A DNA stretch of 44,410 bases, taken from assembly GCA_013290045.1 (NCBI GenBank), contig JABCYU010000003.1, forward strand, positions 1 to 44,410. Reading direction: 5' to 3'. The stretch comes from Methanobacteriota archaeon. Lineage in GTDB: Archaea > Thermoplasmatota > Thermoplasmata > Lutacidiplasmatales > UBA184. The notes under the pieces were generated by a model. That model had not been told where the DNA came from, did no database searches, and was given only the letters and a program-made list of their open reading frames with translations. The translations under genes and the position numbers were made by a program. Shown here piece by piece: positions 10,710 to 20,568 of the stretch. Each line of letters starts with the position of its first letter. The first letter of the stretch is position 1.

Positions 10710-11759
10710 GTGGAACTCAGTAGCTTCTCTCTCCTCGACACCTACCCCGGTCAAGGGGGTGGTCGCCGGCAGCCCTTTCAGGAGTTCCTCGACCTCGTGC
10801 AAGTCTCGGAGCGATGCGGACTTGCGGGGATCTGGGTAGCCGAACACCACTTCCAGTCTGGCGGCGTTTGCCCATCGCCACCCGTCCTCCTCGCCGCGGC
10901 CGCCCAACGGACGCATCGCCTCCGTCTGGGATCGATGGTCGGCGTGCTCCCCCTCCACGACCCCGTCCATTTCGCTGAGGAGTACTCGCTCGTCGACCAG
11001 TTGTCCGGCGGGCGGCTCCGGTTGGGGGTCGGGAGCGGATACGTGCCACGCGAGTTCGCCGGATTTGGTATCGACGCTGGACGCAAGCGGGAGATCTTCG
11101 ACGCCTCCCTGTCGGTCGTGCTGGCGGCCATGTCGGGGAAGTTCGTTCGGGGCCCTCGCGCCACGAGCCAACGGGTGCGTATCAACGTGCGACCCGTCCA
11201 GCGACCTCACCCCCCCGTCTGGATCGCCGCCCAGAGGGCCGAAGCGGTGCCGTTCGTGGCGGCCCGGGGATTCTCCGTGGCCCTGGTCCCTTACGCGAGC
11301 GCGCCGGACCTCCCAGGCCTCGCCCGCGTCGTGCGCGCCTTTCGTAGGGCGTCGCCCCCGGGTTCCAACGCCCAGGTGGGGGTCGCCGTCCACTTTGGCG
11401 CGGGCATCGACCCGAGGCGGGGCCGCACCGCGCTCCAGCGCTACCTCGACTCGCGGATGACCGCTCGAGGCAGCTTCCTTCGGGACGCCACCCCCGTCCC
11501 ACCCCATCCGGTGAGCGCCGAACGGCTCGAGGAGCAGGGATTCGCCCTGTTCGGGAGTCGTGGCGCGATCGAGGCCGGACTCGAACCGTTCCGCCGAATG
11601 GGAGTGGACGAGATCTTGGGGCACTTCGATTTCGGGGGGCTCCGCACGATCGAGGTGCACGGGTCGGTCCAAAAGCTAGCCGAGGTCATGGGCTCGGCGA
11701 GGATCGCGCTGGAGTCGGCCCCCCGGGGGCCCGAGCTCGGCGCGGTCTCTTCCGCCTAG
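10710..11759 (+). CDS. LLM-class flavin-dependent oxidoreductase (luciferase-like)
   Basis: WVAEHHF; PSPPVLLAA.A.RT.RLRLG; DQLSGGRL.LGVGSGY...EF..FG; RPVQRPHPP.W; GTG start at 10710 inferred. Confidence 0.92.
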   Translation: MELSSFSLLDTYPGQGGGRRQPFQEFLDLVQVSERCGLAGIWVAEHHFQSGGVCPSPPVLLAAAAQRTHRLRLGSMVGVLPLHDPVHFAEEYSLVDQLSGGRLRLGVGSGYVPREFAGFGIDAGRKREIFDASLSVVLAAMSGKFVRGPRATSQRVRINVRPVQRPHPPVWIAAQRAEAVPFVAARGFSVALVPYASAPDLPGLARVVRAFRRASPPGSNAQVGVAVHFGAGIDPRRGRTALQRYLDSRMTARGSFLRDATPVPPHPVSAERLEEQGFALFGSRGAIEAGLEPFRRMGVDEILGHFDFGGLRTIEVHGSVQKLAEVMGSARIALESAPRGPELGAVSSA

Positions 11760-11769
11760 TTGTGGCATC

Positions 11770-12384
11770 GTGAGACAGCCGGAAACGATGCGGTGGGCGC
11801 CCCTCCGCCGCGTGATGGTCGAGACCTACGGATCGTTAGTCCGTCGTGGACGCCCCGCTACGCGATCTCGATCGGACGAAGCGCTCTCGTTGCTTCGCCT
11901 CTCCATGGGAGTCATCTGGGGCGGGAACCTACTGTTCATTCTGCTCCCGGCCAACCAGTTCTTCCCCACCTTCGCCGCGACGGCGACGGGGATGGCTCGA
12001 ACCACCCTCGGGGGGCCCGGATTGGCCAGCTTCGTCTCGTCGAACGCCGTCCTGTTCTCCGCGGCGATTGCGCTGGCCACCGGTTACCTCGCCCTCGCGT
12101 TCTTACTCGGGGTCACGACACGGGTCGCGTGCGTCGTGGGGAGTGCCTTCTCTCTCGGCCTCTTGATCGCCCAATGGGGTGCGACGTTCTCGATACCGGG
12201 CGGCACGGATGTAGGCCCCCACCCGATCTATCTGGTAGCGTACCTCGCCCTCGCGTGGTCCGACAGCGCCCGATTCTACTCCCTCCCTGCGCTCCTGGCG
12301 CGATGGAGATTGTGGTCAGGGCGAATCGGTCTACGAGGGCTCCCCTCGTCCCACCTCGCTCGGGACGGGCTCCCCAAGCCTTAG
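11770..12384 (+). CDS. DoxX / TQO small subunit DoxD-like membrane protein
   Basis: LLRL.MG.IW first helix, 'L.LG..TR.A...G' motif, C-terminal TD.G..IY; about 4 TM segments; start may be 11788 or 11815. Confidence 0.7.
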   Translation: MRQPETMRWAPLRRVMVETYGSLVRRGRPATRSRSDEALSLLRLSMGVIWGGNLLFILLPANQFFPTFAATATGMARTTLGGPGLASFVSSNAVLFSAAIALATGYLALAFLLGVTTRVACVVGSAFSLGLLIAQWGATFSIPGGTDVGPHPIYLVAYLALAWSDSARFYSLPALLARWRLWSGRIGLRGLPSSHLARDGLPKP

Positions 12385-12417
12385 GGACCCCTCTGGCATG
12401 GCCCGGAACGAACCCCC

Positions 12418-13236
12418 GTGACGCCTGAGCGTCTGACCTTCGAATGGGGCGAGATGATCTCGGCCCTCGGCCGATTCGGGCTGTCCGAGAAGGAGGCCGA
12501 TCTCTACCTGACCCTGATCCGCCGTGGCCAGGCGACCGCTCGCGAACTGACCCGGGAGCGACGACTCGATCGGGTGCTGGGCTACCGTCTGCTGGAGGGC
12601 CTCCACGACCGGGGGGTCCTCCAGATCACCGCCCAGCGGCCCCGACTATTCGTCCCCATCAGCCCAGGACTCCTCTTCGAGCGGGTCCTTCAGGCGCGGA
12701 GGGCCGCCCTCGCCGCGGACGAGCAGCTGGCGACTGGACTCGCCGACCAGCTTCCCCGTATGGTCTCGGATGATCGCTCGGGCCCCAAATTCCAGGTGCT
12801 CACCGGGGGAGCAATGTTGTACCCGACGCTCACCGAGATGGTGACCCGCGCGCAAACGAGCGTGGACACGATGATCACGCGACGCGCCCTCCACCAATCC
12901 CTCCGATTCGGGCTTCAACGTCGCATCGGGGCGTTCCTCGATTCTGGAGGGAGGTTTCGGTTGCTGGTCGAGCAGGACCCACGGCTCCAACCTCTGCTAC
13001 GAAGACTCGTCCGGTCGACCAGGTCCCGCCCCCTCGCCCAGATTCGCCAATCCGCCCCCCAGCCGACCCGGATGACGATCGTGGACGGCCGGGAGATCCT
13101 CCTCTACCTCGTCCCGGAGGTTCAGGAGCAGGGCGAGGAGGTAGCGATCTGGACGGACACTCCCGAATTCGTTCGCGGCCATCTGACCTACTTCAATCAC
13201 GCTTGGAAGCGCTCGAAACCGATCGGACCCGAATAG
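12418..13236 (+). CDS. TrmB-family transcriptional regulator
   Basis: FGLS.KEA..YL.L...G..TA.EL wHTH; C-terminal 'IVDGREILL...A.WTD' effector domain. Confidence 0.9.
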   Translation: MTPERLTFEWGEMISALGRFGLSEKEADLYLTLIRRGQATARELTRERRLDRVLGYRLLEGLHDRGVLQITAQRPRLFVPISPGLLFERVLQARRAALAADEQLATGLADQLPRMVSDDRSGPKFQVLTGGAMLYPTLTEMVTRAQTSVDTMITRRALHQSLRFGLQRRIGAFLDSGGRFRLLVEQDPRLQPLLRRLVRSTRSRPLAQIRQSAPQPTRMTIVDGREILLYLVPEVQEQGEEVAIWTDTPEFVRGHLTYFNHAWKRSKPIGPE

Positions 13237-13314
13237 CGCCATCCCTGACCTCGACGCGCCGCCCAGCGATCGACATCCTCGAAGGAAGACGTCGCGGCAC
13301 GCGGGCCACGAGAT

Positions 13315-13442
13315 GGCGAATTTCTCAGCCCCTGTCGGACGCACAGTTTTCCTCGCGTGAATCGGGGTCGGCGCGGGCTCCGGGGGGCACCTTTTCCCTC
13401 TCGGAGAGCGCGCCCCTCCAAACCCGCAACCGGGATTGCACC
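13315..13442 (+). repeat. ~120-bp dispersed repeat ending in core site CCCGCAA-CCGGGA-TTGCACC (13423-13442)
   Basis: Aligns by eye with 17807-17890 (+) and 42815-42939 (-); lies between convergent genes. Confidence 0.75.
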
Positions 13443-13583
13443 TTCTGAGAAGCAACTCGGACCCCTCTCGCGGGGAACCTGGACGATCGCAAGGGACAAA
13501 ACTCCTCGACTTCGGTCGCGCGAACCGCCATCGGAAATGGTTGGAGCCGGCCCGGTTCCGCCGGGCCGGCATGTGGGACCGAA

Positions 13584-14723
13584 CTACAGGTGCACCATCC
13601 AGGTGTCGCTCCCGAAGCTGTTCCAGCCGCCAGTCATGGCCTCGTTCCCACTGAAGGTAAAGTCGGCCTGGAGCGCCGCGTCGAACACCAGTCGGGAGTC
13701 CCACCGGCCCGGCAGGGTCCCCACTCGGCTCGTAATGTCGCTCCACTTCCCGTTGTGGAACATCCACGTCTGGTCCACCACTTGGCACGACGCCGTGTAT
13801 CCGCCGGTCATCACGACCGCCTGGGCGAGCGGGTCATACCCGATCGCACCCGACCCCATGTAGGCGGTGGGAATCTTTGACGAATTCGCCCCGAGATTTG
13901 TGAACACCCCGGCGTGGTACGCCCAGGTCGCGCCCGTCCCGGTACAGGTCCAAGTTGAGTTGCCAAACAACAGGACGTACCCATCGTGGATATCGTCCGC
14001 GGCCCAGAACACTCCGCTAGGTAAACCGCCCGACACCGATGAGGTGAGGTTGGTCCACGTCCCATTTGCGAAGCTGTAGACGACTTTCATCGGGATCGCA
14101 CCGGCGACCGTTGAACGGAGGAACACGTAGTGATCCAGACTGTCGTAGACCATCTGGGTCCCGGGCGACATCGCCGGGGGAGAGGCGGACGGGCTCAACC
14201 GATGCCATCCCTTCGCGTCGAACAACCACGTGTCGCTGAACGCACAGCTGGCACCGCAGTACGAGATGTACCCGTTCTGGCCGCCGAACAACAGGACGCC
14301 GTGGAGCGCCGGGTCATAGACGAGTCCAGGTGCCCACCGAGCCGACGGGGAATGGGCGGGTGATCCGTTTCTGCTCGTGCCGGCGCTGATCTGGTGCCAG
14401 TGACCGCTGGCCCACTCCCATGTGTCTCCAAGCGCGCCGCCACCGGCGTTCTGGCCACCGAACACCACGACAGCCCCGATATCCGGGTCGTACGCCATTC
14501 CGAACGCCTGCCGCGCCGTCGGTGGCCCACGGCTCGTATTCGAGATGCTGGTCCAATGTCCGAACACCGTGTTCGCATGCACCGCCGCTCCGGCGGCAGG
14601 AGCCAACATCGAGAGCAGCAGCACCAAGCTACCCCCCACCGCGACGCTCGCACCCATCGCCGTCCTTGCCCCTGATCGGCCCGTCGTGTCCCCCCATGTA
14701 CCGCGGTGCAGCCCGCCTCTCAT
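13584..14723 (-). CDS. Secreted kelch/galactose-oxidase-like beta-propeller protein
   Basis: Signal peptide; repeated 'P.AR....AYD.....VLFGG.....DTW....W' blades. Confidence 0.88.
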   Translation of the reverse strand: MRGGLHRGTWGDTTGRSGARTAMGASVAVGGSLVLLLSMLAPAAGAAVHANTVFGHWTSISNTSRGPPTARQAFGMAYDPDIGAVVVFGGQNAGGGALGDTWEWASGHWHQISAGTSRNGSPAHSPSARWAPGLVYDPALHGVLLFGGQNGYISYCGASCAFSDTWLFDAKGWHRLSPSASPPAMSPGTQMVYDSLDHYVFLRSTVAGAIPMKVVYSFANGTWTNLTSSVSGGLPSGVFWAADDIHDGYVLLFGNSTWTCTGTGATWAYHAGVFTNLGANSSKIPTAYMGSGAIGYDPLAQAVVMTGGYTASCQVVDQTWMFHNGKWSDITSRVGTLPGRWDSRLVFDAALQADFTFSGNEAMTGGWNSFGSDTWMVHL

Positions 14724-15064
14724 GTTCTTCCCCCACGTTCGTTGTTTTGGAATACGCTTGCTCGGTTCTCCGCGACCTTGATTCGGGAAACAGAGCCATA
14801 GAACCTCCCCGATGCTGTCGGGGAGTCGGACGAGAACTGGAACCGCGGTCGTAGGTAACGTAGGCCGGGCTCCGGAGGTCGACGCGGCATGAAGGTCCCC
14901 CGAGCGTCGGTCCTCGGACCACCAGATAAAGCTCGTCCGTGGTTAGTGCATCGCACCCGCGCCCGCGCGGCCGTTGGCGACCTCTCGGCGTTCATCGACC
15001 CTTGCTCGGCACTTCAGCGTCACCCGCAGGTCGGTTTTTCCGTTACGGGGGGAATCATGGGTAA

Positions 15065-15084
15065 GGCGCAATCGAAATTGCACC
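15065..15084. repeat. Palindromic core site GGCGCAA-TCGAAA-TTGCACC, with a weaker neighbour GTTGCGA-ATTGAT-TCGTAAC at 15116-15135
   Basis: Intergenic, near-perfect consensus match. Confidence 0.75.
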
Positions 15085-15155
15085 GGATAGGGCGCTGCCC
15101 GGCGCCGGTCCATCCGTTGCGAATTGATTCGTAACGAAGCCGCCTGTGACCACTC

Positions 15156-15935
15156 CTAGCTGGAGCCCAGCGGGGATGTCCAAACGATATCGTCGAACCG
15201 TCTCCGGTATCCGAGACCAAGGTATACGGGGAGCCCCATCGGGCTCGCCTGAAGGCAGGACGCCCGGCAACCAGCCGCCAGGGCATCGGTGAGCGACCCC
15301 ACGGTCAACGATCGGGCGAGACCCCGTCGTCGGTGGGACGGCAAGGTGGCAACGGCGTAGATCCCGCCGAAAAACTCGTCGGGGAGGAGCATCGAACAGG
15401 CCACTGGGGTCTCCCGCTCCCAGGCGAGGTAGCATCGCATGGGCCGAAGACGATGGAAGGGCACGTCGAACAGTTCTGCGGGCGGAGTAAACTCCGATCC
15501 TCGGGCGAGGACGTCTGCGAATTGTTTCGACTCCTCGGTTGTGGCCACTGGGCTCACTACGTGCTGGCTGGTCAACGCAGGGACCCCGACCAGGGGAATC
15601 GGGACGGTCAGTGCCGGTCGTCTCTCCACCTGGGTAAGACCCGCCCCCGTCGCAGGGCCACTCAAGCTCGGCGCCAGGGACTCGTCGCTTTCGAGCCGCC
15701 AATGCTGCGGGCGTTCTCGAAAGAACTCCGCGGCCCGTTCCACGGTCCGCTCAGGGTCCCCCGGAGGGGACGTGACGAACGCCACGTTCAGTTCGGTCAG
15801 GGTGCTGCCGGAGTCGATCAGTAGGAGCTCGGCGTCCTCCCGGCTGCGGCCGTGGGGAAACCCCTCTGCGAACCGTCGATAGGCCGCGCGGATGTTCCGG
15901 ACCGCATCGGCCGATGGGTGGTCCGTCGGGGTCAA
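15156..15935 (-). CDS. GNAT family N-acetyltransferase
   Basis: GIYAVATLPSHRRRGLARSL (motif A); LQASPMGLPVY..LGY. Confidence 0.92.
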   Translation of the reverse strand: MTPTDHPSADAVRNIRAAYRRFAEGFPHGRSREDAELLLIDSGSTLTELNVAFVTSPPGDPERTVERAAEFFRERPQHWRLESDESLAPSLSGPATGAGLTQVERRPALTVPIPLVGVPALTSQHVVSPVATTEESKQFADVLARGSEFTPPAELFDVPFHRLRPMRCYLAWERETPVACSMLLPDEFFGGIYAVATLPSHRRRGLARSLTVGSLTDALAAGCRASCLQASPMGLPVYLGLGYRRRFDDIVWTSPLGSS

Positions 15936-16136
15936 GGCGTCGTCCCGTAGTCGGCTCGCACCTGGGTCCCGCGTGCCCGGAGGTCAGGTCCCTCACGTAG
16001 AAAGGGTGTCGCAAGGTGACGCTGGTCGACCCGACCGCCTGGGGGGCGGAACCGCCGCTTTGGGGCCGAGTCGGGTCTACCCGACGTCACCGAGGCCTTT
16101 ACGCTCCGACCGCTGTTCGGGGGCCGGGTCCCCCGG

Positions 16137-17681
16137 ATGAGCCTCTCCCTGGACATCCCGGAAGAGCTCGAGGATTTCCTGCTCCGCCCGGGCCCGGCAA
16201 GCCTCCTGATCCGAGGGGAGTCGGGAACGGGAAAGTCCCTGCTCGCGCTGTCGCTGCTCCACCTGTTCGAGGGACGTCGGGTCCTGGTGACCGCCCGCGC
16301 AGCGGATCCCGACGTCATGGCCCGACATTCCGGGGTGAGCTCGCGATATGGAGCCGTCCAGGTGATCACTCCGAACGACCTCAACGGCCTCGTCGCGAGC
16401 GAGACCATCACTTCCGACGTACGGGTCGACCGGGGCTCCCCCCCGCCTCCTCCCCCTCCGGGGTTCCTCGACGTGGCTTTGCGGGCGCTCCGCTCGGCGC
16501 CCCCCACCCTCGTTGTATTCGACTCGTGGGAGGGCCTTGCGAACGACCCGGGGGGACCCTCGGTAGGCGACCCCGGAGGGGGCCCCGCCCGCCTCGAGCT
16601 CGAACGCAAACTCTTCTCCGCTTGGATCAAGTCCTCGGCCCACCTGGTCGTCGTCTCTTCGGACACCGTTCGGAGCCAACTCGACTACCTTGCCGATGCC
16701 TCCTGTCTGCTCGAGCTTTCGGAACTCGACGAGCGTCCGTTGCGACTGCTGAAGTTCTCGAAGTTACGCGGACGAGCGGGCCGATCGATGGAGTATCCGT
16801 TTACCGTCTCGGAGGGCCACTTCCGATGCTTCTCGATCGCCCCGCACGGATACCCCCTGGAAAGTCGCCGAACCGACCCGGACCCGGACCCGACCTCACC
16901 GGCGATGTGGCCGGGCTCGCGGGAGTTCGCCACGGTGTTCGGGCGGCTGCCCCCGGGGGGTCTCACGCTGATCGAAGCGGACCGTGCCGTGCCCCTCGAT
17001 GTCGTTCGGATGCTGACGGTTCCGATGATGGCCTCCGCGATCACCTCCCACGCGGCGGTCATCATCGCTCCCCCGCCGAGCCTCACGCCGGAGGAGCTGT
17101 GGAAACCATACTCCGATTCGATCTCGCCCTCCGCATTTGCGGAACAGGTGTTCGCCGTGGTCACCTCGAGGCCGAAGGACCCCGGGTCCCCCTGGATGGG
17201 CGCCATCCATGCATCGGATGGGGCCCGCCCCACAGGGTTCCAGTTCGTCGCTCCTCGGGAAGCCAGCTCCACCGAGGCCTCCCGTCGCGGCGGCCCCGAA
17301 GAGTTCGCTGCCCAACTTCCGGAGCTCGAGTCGTTCGTCGTCCGGTCTCGGCAGAATCACATGCGGTCCCTTTCGATCGGGTTCGCCGAGGGAAACCTCG
17401 CCATCGGGCGGGCCACGGGGTTCCCGATGGACCCGGAGTCCTACGCCTCCACGCTGAGGGCCTATCTGGTGGGCGATAGGGCGCATGGGGTGGCGATCGG
17501 GCGGCCCGGGGAACCGCTGTTCGATACGATCCGCAGCTATGCGGGCCTTCACCTCAACCTGCGGGCCTACAAGGGTCGCTACATCCTCCACGCGACGCGG
17601 CCCTGGTCTCCGTCGTATGTCCTCGCGATCGCCGAGGAAACTCGCGCCGCGGGTCCCTACCACCTGGTGCCATTGACCTGA
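16137..17681 (+). CDS. GvpD-like / RAD55-KaiC family P-loop protein with degenerate second domain
   Basis: SLLIRGESGTGKS Walker A; LVVFDSW Walker B; LDYLAD; KLRG...YPFT...G.F. Confidence 0.85.
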   Translation: MSLSLDIPEELEDFLLRPGPASLLIRGESGTGKSLLALSLLHLFEGRRVLVTARAADPDVMARHSGVSSRYGAVQVITPNDLNGLVASETITSDVRVDRGSPPPPPPPGFLDVALRALRSAPPTLVVFDSWEGLANDPGGPSVGDPGGGPARLELERKLFSAWIKSSAHLVVVSSDTVRSQLDYLADASCLLELSELDERPLRLLKFSKLRGRAGRSMEYPFTVSEGHFRCFSIAPHGYPLESRRTDPDPDPTSPAMWPGSREFATVFGRLPPGGLTLIEADRAVPLDVVRMLTVPMMASAITSHAAVIIAPPPSLTPEELWKPYSDSISPSAFAEQVFAVVTSRPKDPGSPWMGAIHASDGARPTGFQFVAPREASSTEASRRGGPEEFAAQLPELESFVVRSRQNHMRSLSIGFAEGNLAIGRATGFPMDPESYASTLRAYLVGDRAHGVAIGRPGEPLFDTIRSYAGLHLNLRAYKGRYILHATRPWSPSYVLAIAEETRAAGPYHLVPLT

Positions 17682-17806
17682 CCCGTTGGGGGTGGGGGCC
17701 CCCCGGCGGCCGGCAACGTTTCCGACCTTGCTGTCGCGAGGCCGATTCTCCGAGTCCGCTTCAGAGGCGTCCGGTAGGTCGGTACGTGATTGCAGGGACC
17801 CCGTTC

Positions 17807-17890
17807 TGATTCGGGGCCGGGAGGGGCTACGGTGGGGGATGTTCTTCGGGAAGAGGCGCGCCCCTCTGAACACGCAACTGAGTTTGCACG
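17807..17890 (+). repeat. Dispersed repeat copy ending in core site CACGCAA-CTGAGT-TTGCACG (17871-17890), upstream of the integrase
   Basis: Shares TG..TCGGGG.C, GGGCT, GCGCGCCCCTC and the core site with 13315-13442. Confidence 0.75.
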
Positions 17891-18032
17891 GGCCTGCTGA
17901 CCATCCTGGGACGACCTGCTCTACCGTCCCGTTCGCTACCGGTCGGTCTCGGGGAGCACGTCGGTTCGGTCAGTAGCCATCGTTCAGCGGAGGGAGCGAG
18001 TCCAAGACCGCAGGTCTCCACGGCACCCCTCG

Positions 18033-19052
18033 ATGTCGCAGTCCAGGACCCCGAGGGGGGCGAGGACTCAACGCCACCAGGGGCATCCCCGCTCGCTGCT
18101 GGGCGGGGGGTCGTCGAGCGCGAGCGGTTCCTTCCCGACCGGAGGTCATTCCGGGGTTGAGTTTGGGTTGGACAGGGCCCCGCCCCGAACCGAAGAATGG
18201 ACGTCGGAAGTCACCCGATTTCTGGCTGCCAAGGACAAGGAGAGTCCGGTCGGAGAGAACTGGAAGAGGCGGATGCGATGGGAGCTCTCCCGAGTTCCCG
18301 ACCTCCTCCAGAGGCTCAGCCCGGCGACGACGCCCTCGAGGGCGGCCGATCTGAATTCAGATCACGTCCTTGCTCTCCGGACGGGGATGGGTTGGGAGAA
18401 GGCCACTCTCGCTCTCCACTTCGCGGCCCTACGGCAGTTCCTCGCGTGGGCCGGGAATCCCATCGCGACCCGGAAGAGCGTTTGGAGGTTGCCGTCTGGA
18501 CAGTCGAGCCGGCGGAGGTGGTTAACGAAAGACCAGTTCGAACGGTTGCTCTCCGCCGCAGTTGGTCCCGCAAAGGCTCTCGTAGCACTGGAAGGGCTGA
18601 ACGGCCTGCGACGCGTAGAGGTCCTGCGCCTGCGGAAGAAGGACGTACTGCTGGAAGAAGGCTGTCTCCGTGTTCTGGGCAAGGGGAGGGACGGCGGGAA
18701 GTGGCGGACGATTCCGATGCATCCAGAGGTTCAGTCCTTCCTGTCCGACTTCGTCATCAAGCTGGATCCGGAAGCCAGACTCTTTCCGGTAAGTCAATCT
18801 GGCGCAGACGGGATGCTCCGCCGGGCGGTCGATGCGGCCGGCTTTGGGGGAGAGGGGGTCCGAATCTCCCATCATGACCTCCGGCGAACATTCGGCAGAA
18901 TGGCTCATCAGTCGGGAATGGATCTCATCCAACTGAAGAATCTCTTCGGCCACAGTTCGGTGGAGATGACGGTCCACTACATCGGGATCGACGCAGACGA
19001 GATGCGCTCTGGCCTAAACCGAATCAGGCTCGGAACGAGGCCAGGTGAATAG
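18033..19052 (+). CDS. Tyrosine recombinase/integrase (Xer-like)
   Basis: Complete catalytic set: GLRRVE (R), GKGR (K), HDLRR (HxxR), LFGHSS (H), TVHYIG (Y); the true start may be downstream. Confidence 0.95.
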   Translation: MSQSRTPRGARTQRHQGHPRSLLGGGSSSASGSFPTGGHSGVEFGLDRAPPRTEEWTSEVTRFLAAKDKESPVGENWKRRMRWELSRVPDLLQRLSPATTPSRAADLNSDHVLALRTGMGWEKATLALHFAALRQFLAWAGNPIATRKSVWRLPSGQSSRRRWLTKDQFERLLSAAVGPAKALVALEGLNGLRRVEVLRLRKKDVLLEEGCLRVLGKGRDGGKWRTIPMHPEVQSFLSDFVIKLDPEARLFPVSQSGADGMLRRAVDAAGFGGEGVRISHHDLRRTFGRMAHQSGMDLIQLKNLFGHSSVEMTVHYIGIDADEMRSGLNRIRLGTRPGE

Positions 19053-19319
19053 GGGTGACCATGGGAGATGGGTCCGTCTCCGACCGGGCCAGGAGTCGTG
19101 AAGCCTGCCACGGGCTCCTAGAAATCGTTCGTCACTTCCGAATCCACCGGATCCGGGAATCAGGTGCCCGCTGAACTTCGAGTTATCCAAGAGTGTCAAG
19201 ACTGGGTTGTGCGACGAAGAAGGCCGACGCCCAGGGCGGTGGGACGGGTTGGGGTGTCTACTGAACCGATGGCCAGGAAGTTCGTGGTGCGGGACGGTTC
19301 ACGCACCCAGACGCCCGGT

Positions 19320-19664
19320 TCAAGGTCGTTGGGGGCGGGTGCCCAAGAGTCGGAGCGCACGTCGGAGACCTGGATAGGTGGTCGCATCCCTGCGAACGAT
19401 TCGGATAAAGGCTACAACATCTCCTTCAACGACAGCATATATGGCCCGGTAGCCAGGATCGTTCGCTGCCGGTCGAATGTCAATACGGGAGAGTATGTGT
19501 GGTCCCTCAAGGGATTTGGTCTCGTATCCCCGAAGCAGGTCGGTGGGGGGAACCAGCGGGTGGGTTTCGAGTTCGTCAAGAGCCCACTCCAAGATGCGCC
19601 TCGCAGCGGGGGGCAAACTATCTCGCTGAAGGCCAGACCTTCCGAGGAAGAGGATACGGCTCAC
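19320..19664 (-). CDS. RelE/ParE-family toxin
   Basis: RelE-like size and pattern (L..HP...TK.LEG...SRI...GYRAIY.V...I.RR..TY), downstream of a small antitoxin. Confidence 0.75.
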   Translation of the reverse strand: MSRILFLGRSGLQRDSLPPAARRILEWALDELETHPLVPPTDLLRGYETKSLEGPHILSRIDIRPAANDPGYRAIYAVVEGDVVAFIRIVRRDATTYPGLRRALRLLGTRPQRP

Positions 19665-19672
19665 TTGCGGCT

Positions 19673-19906
19673 CTATCTACTCGATCGAGACCGTCGGCTG
19701 ACTCTACGAGGAACTCCTTTGACCCTTCCTTTCCGGAAATCCTCGAGGACCCGATGAGCGTGCTTTGCATCCTCTCGGTCCATCTCCCGCTCGAGAAGAT
19801 CGAGCAGGAATGCGTCCCAGTTCTGGGCCCCCGTCTTGAACTCCTGAAGAACTCGGAGAGTCGACGTGTGGACCGGCACGCTCGTAATCGGGTCGACGGC
19901 CGACAT
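19673..19906 (-). CDS. Putative antitoxin (RHH-like; T.VPV...T...L...KT...WD.FL..L)
   Basis: 77 aa; paralogous to 42526-42762; upstream palindrome ATCATT-N5-AATGAT at 19922-19938. Confidence 0.75.
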   Translation of the reverse strand: MSAVDPITSVPVHTSTLRVLQEFKTGAQNWDAFLLDLLEREMDREDAKHAHRVLEDFRKGRVKGVPRRVSRRSRSSR

Positions 19907-20186
19907 GGCATGGCTCAGGACATCATTGTATTAATGATTTTCACCAATATCGAGATCGCGTCCTTCCGACCTCTCGGCCCTATGCCACGAAAGCCCGCAC
20001 GCCCTCAGCTTGCCGCATCCCAGGAACGGTCACTGCTCAAGGTTGTTCTCCGGCGAGGGGCGGCACGCCCATAACTCGGCAAAAGTCTCCGACGCCCTCG
20101 AGAACTCTTGCTTCGATGCCATCCGACGGGCGTCGTTCAGGCATTGCTCCGAGGTGGCAAGCCTGGATTCAACCTATTCGCTTGCG

Positions 20187-20206
20187 TGTGCAACTCTCGC
20201 TGCACC
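20187..20206. repeat. Palindromic core site TGTGCAA-CTCTCG-CTGCACC
   Basis: Intergenic consensus variant. Confidence 0.7.
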
Positions 20207-20280
20207 TCTCCCCACTCCCAGGGGCCCCGTCGTCGGAGAGTTCAGTCGGAGTTGCGCCTAGGTGCCGCCTGCGCCCGACA

Positions 20281-20300
20281 GGTGCAATGGGGGTTGCACC
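20281..20300. repeat. Perfect palindromic core site GGTGCAA-TGGGGG-TTGCACC
   Basis: Exact 7-bp inverted arms around a 6-bp spacer. Confidence 0.8.
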
Positions 20301-20361
20301 GCACGCGAGAGGTCCGTCCGAACCGGCGTCTTTAAGGGATGCCACGTAATACGCGTAACAG

Positions 20362-20568
20362 ATGGCCCTCGAGGTCCTCTACAGTCGACATGCAAGGCAA
20401 AGGATGGTGTTGCGGGGCATTTCGAGCGATGAGGTCGAGATTGCCATTCGGACGGGTGCGAAGTCCCGACAAGGCCCCAGAGTCGTCGCGGCGCATAGCT
20501 ACTTCGAAGTAGTCTATTTGGTAAGGGGGCGCAAGATTATCGTGATCACGGTGAAACCAAGATGGTAG
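20362..20568 (+). CDS. DUF4258-like (RelE-fold) toxin
   Basis: YSRHARQRM..RGIS..EV..AI..G; VITV; TTTAAG box at 20331-20336. Confidence 0.8.
   Translation: MALEVLYSRHARQRMVLRGISSDEVEIAIRTGAKSRQGPRVVAAHSYFEVVYLVRGRKIIVITVKPRW

Noticed and set aside
9546-11672. 708-aa minus-strand ORF
   Set aside because: Antisense shadow of two well-supported plus-strand genes in high-GC DNA
16137-17681. Gas vesicle or circadian (KaiC) system
   Set aside because: Only a lone GvpD/RAD55-like ATPase is present, with no gvpA or kai partners in the window
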